DNA from: an uncultured Pseudomonadota bacterium
Lineage (GTDB): Bacteria; Chloroflexota; UBA5177; JAJPKF01
Length of the DNA stretch: 64,000 bases
Reading direction: 5' to 3'
Assembly (NCBI GenBank): GCA_963799725.1
Contig: CAWCYJ010000025.1
Span: 61,840 to 125,839, forward strand
Shown: piece by piece, positions 51,349 through 61,564 of the stretch
How the letters are laid out: each line of letters opens with the position of its first letter
How positions within the stretch are numbered: position 1 is the stretch's first letter
Made by a program: the position numbers and the translations under genes
Notes under the pieces: model-generated
What the model was told of the DNA's origin: nothing
The model's database searches: none
Seen by the model: the letters and a program-made list of their open reading frames with translations, nothing else

Positions 51349-51645
51349 GACCTAGTCCCTGTCATGGACGTAAACAGTCCATGCCACACTTCGGTTGCCG
51401 TCCGGACCCTCCGGCTGCTTCACAACCTCCAGCTTTCCCCTGCTCCAGATGAGCCGGTTGCCGTGCCCAAGGCTTAAGAGTGTATTCGACTTGGAACATT
51501 CACAGCAAATCAACTTGCTGACTCATACGGGACCTTATCGACGAAGAATTGTTGCCCCACAATTCTCCCATCTAAGACGGATCGATGGCGTGTCGCAGGA
51601 GGCTCGCAGGCAGCCAAAGGGAGCGCTACAGGAAGACCTTGGCGT

Positions 51646-51733
51646 AGTGGAGCGCTTGGGAGTATCCTCAAGCAAGGCAGTGCGGGGGATGAGGGATGGC
51701 GGAGGCGGCTGCGCGTTTGGAGACGGAAACCGT
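51646..51733 (+). promoter_or_regulatory. conserved ~88-nt structured-RNA-like element, copy 2 (5' leader of ABC transporter operon)
   Basis: Ends about 28 nt before the ATG at 51762 of the ABC ATPase. The sequence and its hairpins match copy 1. Confidence 0.5.
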
Positions 51734-51761
51734 CGCTGCGATTCAGCTTCGAAGCGTTTCC

Positions 51762-52496
51762 ATGCGGTACGGGACCAAGGGGCAGCAGTTGCTTGCCCTC
51801 TCAAATGTCTCGTTGGATATCGGCGAGGGAGAGTTTCTTTCTCTGCTGGGCCCTTCTGGCTGTGGCAAGAGCACGATGCTTCGGTTAATCGGGGATTTGT
51901 TGCAGCCCACGGCGGGAGAAGTGCAGCTTCGCGGTAAGCCCGCCGCTCAAGCTCGTCGGGACCGAGACTACGGCATGGTGTTTCAGGCGCCCGTCCTCTA
52001 CGACTGGCGCACCGTGGCCAAGAACATCCAGCTTCCGCTGGAAGTCTTCAAGATTTCCAAGCGGGAGCGCCAAGAACGCACAGAACGTCTATTGAAGCTG
52101 GTCGGATTGCAGGACTTCGCCGACCGCTATCCGTGGGAGCTTTCGGGCGGGATGCAGCAGCGGGTCTCCATCGCCAGGGCGCTGTCGTTTAGCCCCGGAA
52201 TCCTCCTCATGGACGAGCCGTTCGGAGCCTTGGATGAAATGACCCGCGACCGGCTCAATTTAGAGCTGCTCAACGTCTGGGCTGAAACCGGAACGACGAT
52301 CGTCTTTGTAACCCACAGTATTCCCGAGGCTGTGTTCCTGTCAGACCGGATTGCTGTCATGAGCCCGAGACCCGGTAGGATCGATGCGGTGGTTCCCGTC
52401 GACCTCCCACGACCACGAGATGCAGCGACCCGAGAAGATCCACGGTTCTTCGATTTGATCAAGCTGGTCCGTTCACATTTGAAGGAGCATCTGTGA
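51762..52496 (+). CDS. ABC transporter ATP-binding protein, NitT/TauT family
   Basis: Walker A GPSGCGKST, signature LSGGMQQR, Walker B LLMDEPF. The longer ORF from 51696 overlaps the leader element, so the ATG at 51762 is preferred. Confidence 0.85.
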   Translation: MRYGTKGQQLLALSNVSLDIGEGEFLSLLGPSGCGKSTMLRLIGDLLQPTAGEVQLRGKPAAQARRDRDYGMVFQAPVLYDWRTVAKNIQLPLEVFKISKRERQERTERLLKLVGLQDFADRYPWELSGGMQQRVSIARALSFSPGILLMDEPFGALDEMTRDRLNLELLNVWAETGTTIVFVTHSIPEAVFLSDRIAVMSPRPGRIDAVVPVDLPRPRDAATREDPRFFDLIKLVRSHLKEHL

Positions 52497-53440
52497 GTCG
52501 CGTGATCGGAGACGATCCGACGGCCGTTGAAGTTGTGAACCCAAGAACTTCATCCCTTCAGAAGCTGCCTCTGGCCACAATTACGGCGGTTCTTGCGATA
52601 TTTGTCCTTCTTGTCGGCGTTTGGTATATCGGTGCGATCTACTACAACACGGGCTACCTGGCGCTGAATTACACCGACATCGGACAGGCTCACGTTTGGG
52701 CGCACATGACATTACTCCAAAGGTGGGGAGCGGCTCTCAACTCACAATCGCCGATGCTTCCGGCTCCTCATCAGGTTGTCGCCGATCTATGGTCACGATT
52801 GGATGAGTCGCCCAACGTTCCTGGGAATCTCTGGGTAGATCTGGTGACTACGGGAGCCGAAGCCGTGCTGGGGTTCGTGGTTGGAGCCGTCGTTGCACTT
52901 GTATTGGCTTATATCTTCGTTCGCAGCAAGATCCTAGAACGTTCGCTCTTCCCCTATGTGGTTATGTCGCAAACCGTTCCAATCATGGCTCTTGTGCCTG
53001 CGATGGTTGTGGTTTTAGGGATAGGACTTAGGTCAAAGGTGGTCGTTGCGGCATATCTGGCCTTCTATCCGATCACCATCAGTGCGGTAAAGGGTCTGCG
53101 GTCTGTCGATCCGCTTAGCGAGGAGCTGATGAGATCCTATGCAGCTTCAACCTGGCAGACTCTGCTCAAGCTGAAGCTGCCGGCATCGCTTCCCTACGTC
53201 TTCACTGGGCTCAAGATTGGAGTGACGGCGAGTCTCATCGGAGCGATCGTCTCTGAGCTTCCTGTCGGTTCGCAATTCGGGCTCGGAGTCTCTATTCTGA
53301 GTGCGAGTAGCAACGGACTAAACACAGCGCTCTGGGCAACCATCATCGCGTCCGGCCTGCTTGGGTTACTACTTTATACGATTGTTACTCTAGCCGAGCG
53401 CTTCGTCGTTCGCGGCCGGTTATCGAAAGGAATAGCGTGA
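52493..53440 (+). CDS. ABC transporter permease, NitT/TauT family
   Basis: ORF of 315 aa with six TM segments and a permease EAA-like loop. Translationally coupled to the ATPase gene. Confidence 0.8.
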   Translation: MSRVIGDDPTAVEVVNPRTSSLQKLPLATITAVLAIFVLLVGVWYIGAIYYNTGYLALNYTDIGQAHVWAHMTLLQRWGAALNSQSPMLPAPHQVVADLWSRLDESPNVPGNLWVDLVTTGAEAVLGFVVGAVVALVLAYIFVRSKILERSLFPYVVMSQTVPIMALVPAMVVVLGIGLRSKVVVAAYLAFYPITISAVKGLRSVDPLSEELMRSYAASTWQTLLKLKLPASLPYVFTGLKIGVTASLIGAIVSELPVGSQFGLGVSILSASSNGLNTALWATIIASGLLGLLLYTIVTLAERFVVRGRLSKGIA

Positions 53441-54336
53441 GCGAGGACTTAGATGCGCTTCACGGGCTGAGCGTGCCCGTAGAGCCGGCCATTTTGGGTG
53501 GGGAAGGGGTCCTCGTAAGTGAGCCGCTCCTGCTTGGCGCGATCGACTCTCGCGCTCGGTCCGTACTCGACATCGTGTACAGGGTGGCGCCTCCCGCCTT
53601 CGTCTTCGTTCTGGTTCTCGTGGCGTGGCAGTTTGTCGTTCCGGCGATCGGCCTGCAGAGCTATCAGCTCCCGACTCCGACGAGAATCTGGCAAAGCTTT
53701 GAGGGCTTGCATTCCATCATTCTGTCCGACGGCTGGTTCACCTTCTGGAATGAGGCATTTCGCGGCTACCTCCTAGGATCGGCATTAGGTTTCCTAGTCG
53801 CGGTTTGTGCATGGCGATTTCGCAGCCTTAGTCTGGGAATCATGCCATATGCGGCGCTGAGTAGCTCCGTTCCGATCGTGGCCCTTGCCCCCGCACTGGT
53901 CGTCATATGCGGATCCGATTGGCAATCTAAGGTCGTCATCTGTGCCATCATGACGGTGTTCCCAATGACGGTGAGCGCCTATCGGGGCCTCGAATCGGCC
54001 AGTCCAGCTGCCAAGGAGCTTCTCGATACGTACGCATGCAGTCAATGGACCGCCTTTCGCAAGCTCCATCTTCCTGCATCGTTACCATTTGTTTTCAACG
54101 CCCTCAAGATCAATGCGACGCTCGCCATGATCGGAGCGATTGTCGCAGAGTACTTTGGCAGCCCGACCCAGGGTCTTGGTCTGTTTATCGACAATTCCGC
54201 TGGGTTAAGCGACTTTCCGGCGGTTTGGTCCGGCGTTGTCGTTGCCTGCGTCATTGGCATTTGTTTCTACTTCGCGGTTGTCGTCATTGAGCGCCGTTTG
54301 ACAAGTTGGCACGTTTCCATGCGCGGGGCTCGCTAG
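53437..54336 (+). CDS. ABC transporter permease, NitT/TauT family (second copy)
   Basis: ORF of 299 aa, paralogous to the preceding permease. Confidence 0.8.
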   Translation: MSEDLDALHGLSVPVEPAILGGEGVLVSEPLLLGAIDSRARSVLDIVYRVAPPAFVFVLVLVAWQFVVPAIGLQSYQLPTPTRIWQSFEGLHSIILSDGWFTFWNEAFRGYLLGSALGFLVAVCAWRFRSLSLGIMPYAALSSSVPIVALAPALVVICGSDWQSKVVICAIMTVFPMTVSAYRGLESASPAAKELLDTYACSQWTAFRKLHLPASLPFVFNALKINATLAMIGAIVAEYFGSPTQGLGLFIDNSAGLSDFPAVWSGVVVACVIGICFYFAVVVIERRLTSWHVSMRGAR

Positions 54337-54437
54337 CTCTGTGATCAACGACATAAGCCGAGAAAGGAGGGCATCGCAGAAGGGTTAGAAGGCACTCCGA
54401 GTCAGGAAGCATGAAAACCAAATTAGGGGGATGGTAA

Positions 54438-55493
54438 ATGTCTCGTTTTATTCGCGCAGCGGGAATAGCAGCAGTGCTGGCAATTCCGCTGACAGGGACG
54501 ACCGCATTGGCACACAACAGTGCCAAGACCATGACTGCAGTCAAGCTGCAGCTGAAGTGGCTTCCGCAGGCACAGTTCGGCGGTTACTACGTTGCACTCA
54601 AGAAGGGGTACTACGCCAAGCAGGGCCTCAACGTCACAATACTTCCCGGCGGCCAGACGGCGCCAGAGCAAGTGGTGGAGGGCGGTGGAGCGCAATTTGG
54701 TGTGGACTGGATGGCTCAGCTACTCGCCGCCAGGCAGCAGGGCGCTCCGGTCGTTCGCGTGGCGCAGTTCTACCAGGCCACGGGTATGCGCATGATTGCC
54801 TACAAGAGCAGTCACATCAACAGCATCAAGGACTTCAAGGGTAAGACGGTCGAGGTCTGGCTGGGCGGCAACCAGTATCAATTCTTCGCCCTCATGCACA
54901 AAGATGGAATCAAGTGCTCGATCACGGCCAACTCGTGTGCAGGCATGACGGTAAAGTCCGAGCCTTTCACGATGACAGATTTCCTCGACCACAAAACCGA
55001 TATCGCTCAGGCAATGACCTATAACGAGCTGGGAATCGTGACCGAGCCCAAGAAGGACGGCGGGAACGGGGTTCCGCTCAAGAGCCTAAAGATCTTTAAT
55101 TACAACAAGCTCGGCGTCAGCATGCTGGAGGATGGCCTCTTCTCGACGAGCACCTGGTTGAAGTCACACAAAGCCATCGCCGTGAAGTTCATCCGGGCAA
55201 CTGTCCAGGGCTGGAGCTATGCGGCGGAGCACCCGACCTACGCCGGTCAGGTCAGCTATCAGGCGGAAGGGACCAATCGGGAGACTGAGGCTCACCAGAT
55301 TTACATGGCGAAGGCTGTCGCCAAACTGGTGAAGTACCAGCTCGCGGGACACCCTGCGGGGTGGTTGAATCCGACGGCTTACACCCGGACATGGCAGGAG
55401 GCTAAGGAGGACGGCATCATCAAAAGCAAGCCGTCGAATGCCACCGCAATGAGTTACTGGAGTAAGGCCACCAAGGGGATGAAATCCCCCTAG
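54438..55493 (+). CDS. ABC transporter substrate-binding protein (NMT1/THI5-like, SsuA/TauA type)
   Basis: ORF of 351 aa with a signal peptide (AAVLAIPLTGTTALA) and a periplasmic binding fold. Preceded by a GGGGGA RBS. Confidence 0.75.
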   Translation: MSRFIRAAGIAAVLAIPLTGTTALAHNSAKTMTAVKLQLKWLPQAQFGGYYVALKKGYYAKQGLNVTILPGGQTAPEQVVEGGGAQFGVDWMAQLLAARQQGAPVVRVAQFYQATGMRMIAYKSSHINSIKDFKGKTVEVWLGGNQYQFFALMHKDGIKCSITANSCAGMTVKSEPFTMTDFLDHKTDIAQAMTYNELGIVTEPKKDGGNGVPLKSLKIFNYNKLGVSMLEDGLFSTSTWLKSHKAIAVKFIRATVQGWSYAAEHPTYAGQVSYQAEGTNRETEAHQIYMAKAVAKLVKYQLAGHPAGWLNPTAYTRTWQEAKEDGIIKSKPSNATAMSYWSKATKGMKSP

Positions 55494-55506
55494 GTCTACG
55501 TCTCGA

Positions 55507-55550
55507 CGCTCACCTCGCCCTCCCGAGGGCGGGGTGAGCGTTTTCCTTTT
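55507..55550 (+). terminator. rho-independent terminator
   Basis: A 15-bp GC-rich stem (CGCTCACCTCGCCCTC / GAGGGCGGGGTGAGCG) with a CCCG loop, followed by TTTTCCTTTT. Confidence 0.7.
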
Positions 55551-55565
55551 GTAGTGTGAGAGGAC

Positions 55566-56459
55566 ATGAAACCCGCCGCATTTGAGTACGCCGATCCTGG
55601 CACCCTATCCGAAGTCCTGTCCATCCTGAAAGGCCAGGGCGACGCCTGCAAAGTCCTGGCTGGCGGCCAGAGCCTTGTTCCACTGTTGAATATGCGGCTA
55701 GCGATGCCGGAGGTCCTGTTAGACATCAATCGGGTGAAAGGTCTGGACGCTCTGGAAGTCAACGGGGAGTTAGCGGTCGGTGCGCTTGTGCGGCAGAGCC
55801 AAGTGGAGGCAGACGGGAGGCTGAGGAGCCAGTTTCCTCTATTGCACGAGGCGATTCGATTCGTGGGTCACCCTCAGATCCGGAACCGAGGAACGGTCCT
55901 CGGGAGTTTGGCTCACGCTGATCCCGCGGCCGAGCTGCCTGTGGTCTTCACGGCGCTTGACGGTTCGTTTGACCTGGTCAGCGCCGACGGGTCCAGAACG
56001 CTACAGGCCCACGATTTCTTCGTGCACATCATGACAACGGCGCTGCAACCCGACGAGCTTTTGGTTCGAGCGTCATTACCGCCGTCTGTTCCAAGCGAGG
56101 GGAGCTGCTTCCTGGAAGTCGCCCGCCGGCATGGAGATTTCGCCGTTGTTTCAGCAGCTGTGTCGATCCGATTAGAAGGGAGGGACATTGTCAAGGCGTC
56201 GATTGCTATGGGAGGTGTTGGCCCAACGCCCGTAAGGGCTTCCAGGGCTGAGGATTGGCTGTTGGGCAATGAGGCGGGAGAACTCTGCTTTCGGGAGGCA
56301 GGCAGGATCGCTTCGACTGAGTGCACACCCGGCTCCGACATCCATGGTTCGGCGGAATATCGACGGGATGTGGCTGCCGCACTTGTGTCACGATGCCTGT
56401 TGAAGGCCTACGCGCGTGCCTCAGATTCCGGGACGAAGGAGGCGACGGCCGACGCATGA
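55566..56459 (+). CDS. xanthine dehydrogenase/CO dehydrogenase family FAD-binding medium subunit (CoxM-like)
   Basis: ORF of 297 aa with the FAD-binding motif AGGQSLVP. Confidence 0.8.
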   Translation: MKPAAFEYADPGTLSEVLSILKGQGDACKVLAGGQSLVPLLNMRLAMPEVLLDINRVKGLDALEVNGELAVGALVRQSQVEADGRLRSQFPLLHEAIRFVGHPQIRNRGTVLGSLAHADPAAELPVVFTALDGSFDLVSADGSRTLQAHDFFVHIMTTALQPDELLVRASLPPSVPSEGSCFLEVARRHGDFAVVSAAVSIRLEGRDIVKASIAMGGVGPTPVRASRAEDWLLGNEAGELCFREAGRIASTECTPGSDIHGSAEYRRDVAAALVSRCLLKAYARASDSGTKEATADA

Positions 56460-56926
56460 CCGAGCTTCGAGAAGTAGATGTGCGCATCAATGGAGTTTCC
56501 TACAAGAGAGCGATCGCGCCTAGATTGCTGCTCACTGACTTTCTTCGATCGGAGATCGGCCTGACCGGAACCCATGTCGGCTGTGAGCACGGCGTCTGTG
56601 GATGCTGCACGATTCTTTTCGACGGGTCTCCAGTTCGGGCGTGCTTACTCTTTGCCGTTCAAGCGACCGGACACGACCTCACGACGGTCGAGGGGCTCGC
56701 AAATGACGGCCTAATGACCCCGCTGCAGGAAGCTTTCCGTCAGGAACATGGTCTTCAGTGCGGCTTCTGTACTCCGGGAATTCTGATGACGTTGACGGCC
56801 TTTCTACGCGACCATCCGGCGCCGAGCAGAGAAGAGACCCGTGAAGCGTTGTCAGGCAACCTGTGCCGCTGCACGGGTTACGTCAATATTCTCAACGCCG
56901 TAGAGCGAACGATCGAGGCTCGCTGA
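56456..56926 (+). CDS. (2Fe-2S)-binding small subunit of molybdo-dehydrogenase (CoxS-like)
   Basis: Two [2Fe-2S] cysteine clusters (CEHGVCGCC; CGFCTPG...CRCTGY). ATGA overlap with the coxM-like stop. GAAGGAGG RBS. Confidence 0.85.
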   Translation: MTELREVDVRINGVSYKRAIAPRLLLTDFLRSEIGLTGTHVGCEHGVCGCCTILFDGSPVRACLLFAVQATGHDLTTVEGLANDGLMTPLQEAFRQEHGLQCGFCTPGILMTLTAFLRDHPAPSREETREALSGNLCRCTGYVNILNAVERTIEAR

Positions 56927-59437
56927 TGAGTACCGGTTGGTTCGGTGAACGCGTTGTCCGAAACGAAGACGAGAGGTTTCTCACAGGACGGGGTCGTTAC
57001 GTCGACGACATCGCGATCCCTGGCGCCCTTCATGCCGCGGTGTTCCGTTCGTCCATTGCTCACGCCCGGATCAGGTCGATTGATGTTTCGAGTGCGCGAG
57101 AGCTCGATGGCGTCCGGGCAGTGTGGACGGCGGCCGATCTCGGCGAGGTCTTGCGGCCATCTCCCATGGTTGTCCCCAACGAGGCACTCACGGAGCCGAG
57201 GACTCAATATCCACTAGCGACCGAGTTTGTTAACTATGTGGGCGAACCGGTTGCCTTCGTGGTCGCCAACGACCGATACATCGCGGAGGACGCCTGCGAC
57301 TTAATCAGTGCGGAATATGAAGCACTGCCGGTCGTCACCGATGTGGAGGAGGCGGTTCGTGAAGGAGCCGCCGTGGTGCACCAGGACATGCCCGGCAACG
57401 TGGCGGCTCATCTGGTGCAGTCAACCGGAGATGTCGAGGGAGCCTTCTCACGTGCAGCTCACGTGTTTGAAGAGAAGCTTCTCATCGAGAGAGGTGCAGG
57501 TCAGCCGATGGAGTGTCGGGCCGTCTCTGCCTTCTACGATCCGCTCGAGGAGGTGTTGACTGTCTACGACACCACGCAGGCTCCCCTCTCGATAAGAAAC
57601 GGCCTGGCCGTGCTCTTTGGTCTTGAAGAGGCGCAGGTGAGGGTCGTGGCACCTGACGTTGGCGGCGGATTCGGCACCAAGATCATGATGTTCTATTCAG
57701 AGGAGGTTCTGGTTCCTCTGGCCGCTCTTCGTTTGCGTGCTCCGGTCAAGTGGGCTGAAGATCGTCGCGAGCACCTGATCGCCTCGAACCATGAACGGGG
57801 CCAGGTCCACTGGGCCGCTATTGCCGTGGACGATGGTGGAGTCATCCATGGGGTGAAGGATCGATTTCCTACATGACACAGGCGCCTACACACCGTATGG
57901 CATCATCGTTCCCATCATTACCGCGACCCAGCTTCCCGGCCCCTATCGAGTTCCGAAACTATTCTAGCGATGCCTCGGTGGTTTACACAAACAAGGTGCC
58001 GGTTACTCCGTACCGGGGTGCGGGCAGGCCGCAGGCGTGTTTTGTCATGGAACGGCTGATGGACCGCGTAGCCGATGAGCTGAACATCGACCGTGCGGAG
58101 GTAAGACGCCGCAACTTTATCCAGCCAGACGAGTTCCCCTGGGACGTCGGCCTGACATTCCAAGATGGGCCGTCCGACCTGCTATGACAGCGGCAATTAT
58201 CCGGAAGGCCTGGCCCAGGCGCTTGCAAGCCATCGAGTATGACCGGTTCCGGAGTGAGCAGGATGAGGCGGGACGTGAGGGTCGCTACCTCGGTATCGGG
58301 ATTGGGTGCTACGTAGAAGGCACGGGGATCGGGCCCTACGAAGGAGCGCATATTCGAGTGGACGGCACGGCTCGCCGTGTCGTCGTGGCGACCTGTGTCG
58401 GCACCCAGGGCCAGAGCCACAAACCTCCTTCGCGCAGATTGTTGCCGATCAGCTGGGCGTGCACCCAACTGAGGTGCAGATCACCACAGGCGATAGCCGG
58501 TCAATGAACTGGGGGTCAGGAACGTATGCCAGCAGGTCGGCTGTGGTTACTGGAAATGCGATCAGGGGCCGCTGAAGCGGTTGGCGAGAAGGCGCAGGCC
58601 ATCGCCTCGGACTTATTTGAGGCAAGTCCTGAGGACATCGAGCTGGTCAACGGTCGCGGTCGGCGTCAAGGGATCGCCCGACACAGTGATTCCCTCTGGG
58701 ACATCGCCGTCGTGGCCAATCCGATTCGATACGCGTACGGCGATCAGGCCAAGGACGCGATGAAGCTGACTGAGGCCCAAAGCAGGCCCGGCACTCGAAT
58801 GGGATATCGACCCGGGGCTTGAGGCGCGGAAGTACTTTGCGCCAGACCGGGCGACTTGGGCCAGCGGAGTGCATGCCGCAATCATGGAAATCGACGTCGA
58901 AACGGGAACTCCCGAGATCAAACGGTACGTCGCGGTTCATGATTGCGGTCGGGTGATCAATCCAACGGTGGTAGAGGGCCAGGTCCACGGTGGTGTGGCG
59001 CAGGGAATCGGCGGGTCTTTTTACGAGCGAGATGGTTTACGACGACGAGGGCCAACCCCTGTCGAGCACCTTCATGGACTACCTCGATGCCTACGTCGAT
59101 GGAAGTGCCGGACATTGAAACGGTGCACGTGGAAACGCCCTCCACCCTGAATCCTCTGGGTATCAAGGGCGCGGGCGAGGCGGGCGTCATTCCCGTGCCG
59201 GCCTTGATGGCCGCGGCCGTCGAGGATGCCCTGAGACCCTTTGGCGTGCATGTTACCGACTATGCCTTTGAGCGCCAGCGACATCCTGGCTCTGGTTCGG
59301 GCCTCAAAGGGAGCAGGGAACGTAGTCACAGACGCGGCGCCGGCGGCCGAATGACCATGCGCCTGTGTCGCGGCAGGAGCAGCGAGAGCCTCGTGATGAA
59401 CGGGAAGACACGGATCTTTCCCTTCCGGCTGGCTTAG
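56926..59437 (+). pseudogene. molybdopterin-binding large subunit of xanthine dehydrogenase family enzyme (CoxL-like), fragmented by 8 or more frameshifts
   Basis: Conserved CoxL segments (a/b hammerhead, [81 protein letters not shown]) appear consecutively but in shifting frames. Confidence 0.7.
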
Positions 59438-59445
59438 ACGTTGCG

Positions 59446-61564
59446 ATGTATCGGGTCGGTATAGACACGGGGGGACATTACTGACGTCGTCGCCGTCGAG
59501 GTCTCGAGCGGCGCGGTTTCGGTTACCAAGACTCCCAGCACTCCGGAGGATCCATCGAAGGCCCTGGCCGGGGGGCTCGACAAGATTCTTGAGCTGGCTG
59601 GAGCCGGCGAGCGACCTTGAGGCCTTGATCCACGGGACGACCGTGGCCACGAATGCTCTCCTCGAGGAGAGATTCAACTCTCTGGCATTGATCACCACTG
59701 CCGGCTTCCGCCACATCCTCGAAATCGCCCGTCAGAGTGTGCCTTCCGGCTATGGCAACTCATACTTCTGGGTCAAGCCGGACAGGATAGTCCCGCTCGA
59801 TCGAGTGCATGAGGTCGAAGAGAGGCTCGGAGCTGCACGGCGAGGTGCTGTGTGCCACTTCAAGAGGACAGCGTTCGAGTTGCGTGGCGAGAGAGTTAGT
59901 CGAAGAGAGTGTGAAGCCGTGGCTATCTCCCTGATCCATGCCTATGCCAATCGGAGACACGAGCGCCGAGTGCGGGAGATTCTTCTGGAAGAACATCCAA
60001 AGCTTCGTAATATCGATATCGTCGGAAGTCCTGCCGGAGTATCGGGAGTACGAGCGCACGATCACGACCTGCGTTGATGCCTACGTGAAACCGATGATGG
60101 AGCGAGTACATCGCGCGAGCTCTGGCTGCGGAACAGTCCATCGGCGATAGCCAGAAGAGCGAAAACGGACCAGGCTCCCATTTTTGATCATGCAGTCAAA
60201 TGGTGGGGTGCTGTCAGCCGGTGAGGTGGCAAGAGCAGCCGATCACGACTCTCTTGTCCGGTCCGGCTGCTGGCGCCCTCGGAGCCGAGTATTCTGGCCG
60301 GTCTAGCTGGTTTTGATCACGTGCTCACCGTCGATGCGGGTGGAACGTCGACCGATATCTGATCGTGGAGGATGGAAGCCCACACGTCACAACGAAGGGC
60401 GATGGTCGGCCGATTTCCGGTGAAGGTACCCATGGTAGACATCACCACCATCGGCACGGGCGGTGGCTCCATCGCCTGGATCGATCCGGCCGGCGCGATT
60501 CGAGTTGGGCCGACAGAGCGCGGGCGCTGATCCAGGGCCAATGTGCTACGGGCGCGGTGGCACCAAGCCGACCCTCACTGATGCCAACGTGGCCTTGGGT
60601 CGGCTCCCGCCCTAGCTCATCGGTGGAGAGATGACTCTGGATCGTCGGACTGGCGTGGAGCGGGCTCGAGTCATCTGGCGCGCGCGGTCGGGCTTTCGCG
60701 CGAAAGGCTGGCCGCCGGGGTGCTTGAGATTGCCGACTGGAATCAGGTGAACGCCATCCGCCAAGTGACAGTAAGAAAGGGGCTGGATCCCGCGAGATAT
60801 GCGATGGTGGCTTTTGGCGGCTCGGGCCCCCTACAGGCGCCTCACGTGGCCGAGCTGCTGGACCTGGACAGGTGATCGTCCCCCGAATCCCGGCAATGTT
60901 TCGGCATTCGGACTCCTGGCTGTCGATCTCAAGACTGATTACGTGACCACGTCAGTCCATCGAGAAGATCGGGTTGACATTCGGAGCCATCAATTCTGCT
61001 CTTGCTCGGGCTGACAGCGCAAGGGGAGCTGTGATCTCGAGAGCGAATCCGTGCCTCTTGACAGGCGAAGGGTCACGCGTACGGCAGATCTGCGTTATTC
61101 GGTGAGGCCTATGAGGTTCGCGTTCCGGTCGCCAACATGGCTTGGTGGATGGTGTACAGCCTAAGCCGGATGGTGGAAGACTTTCACGCGAGCATGAGAG
61201 GACTCTACGGCTACTCCTATCGAGGAGCGCAGCTATGCGAGATCGTCAACCTCGCGTCTCAGCCATGGGTTTGGTTGATCGGCCCGCTGTGGTGTCCGAT
61301 AACGAGTGTGTCACGTCTCCGGCCAGACCCAACGGGAATAGAGAAATGTATGCCGCCCGTGAAGGATTCACAGAAGATCCGGTCTTCGAGCGGGATGAAG
61401 TCGGGCACGAGATTCTTGGTCCAGCCATCATCGAAGAGTACGGGTCGACGGCGGTAGTTCCGGCTGCATGGAAGGCCTCGCCGGATCCATTCGGGAACCT
61501 CAACCTCACAGGACAGAAGCATGAGCGTACAGATGCGGGCCACATCCAAAACGGATCGGGCTGA
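59446..61564 (+). pseudogene. hydantoinase/oxoprolinase A subunit (HyuA-like), multiply frameshifted
   Basis: Starts MYRVGIDTGG, then loses frame at the expected TFTDVVAV. Later segments (ALIHGTTVATNALLEER, GPAIIEEYGSTAVVPAAW) are in other frames. Confidence 0.65.

Noticed and set aside
51683-51710. The G-rich tract (GGGGGATGAGGGATGGCGGAGGCGG) as a G-quadruplex.
   Set aside because: There are only two GGG runs and the rest are GG, so a stable three-tetrad G4 is not supported. It is more likely part of the RNA fold.
51646-51733. Assignment of the repeated leader element to TPP, ykkC/guanidine-I, purine or ZTP riboswitch classes.
   Set aside because: The hallmark motifs (CUGAGA/GGGG for TPP, GUCCGAGAG and GGGACAAAAG for ykkC, the purine three-way-junction loops) are absent. 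It is left as unclassified.
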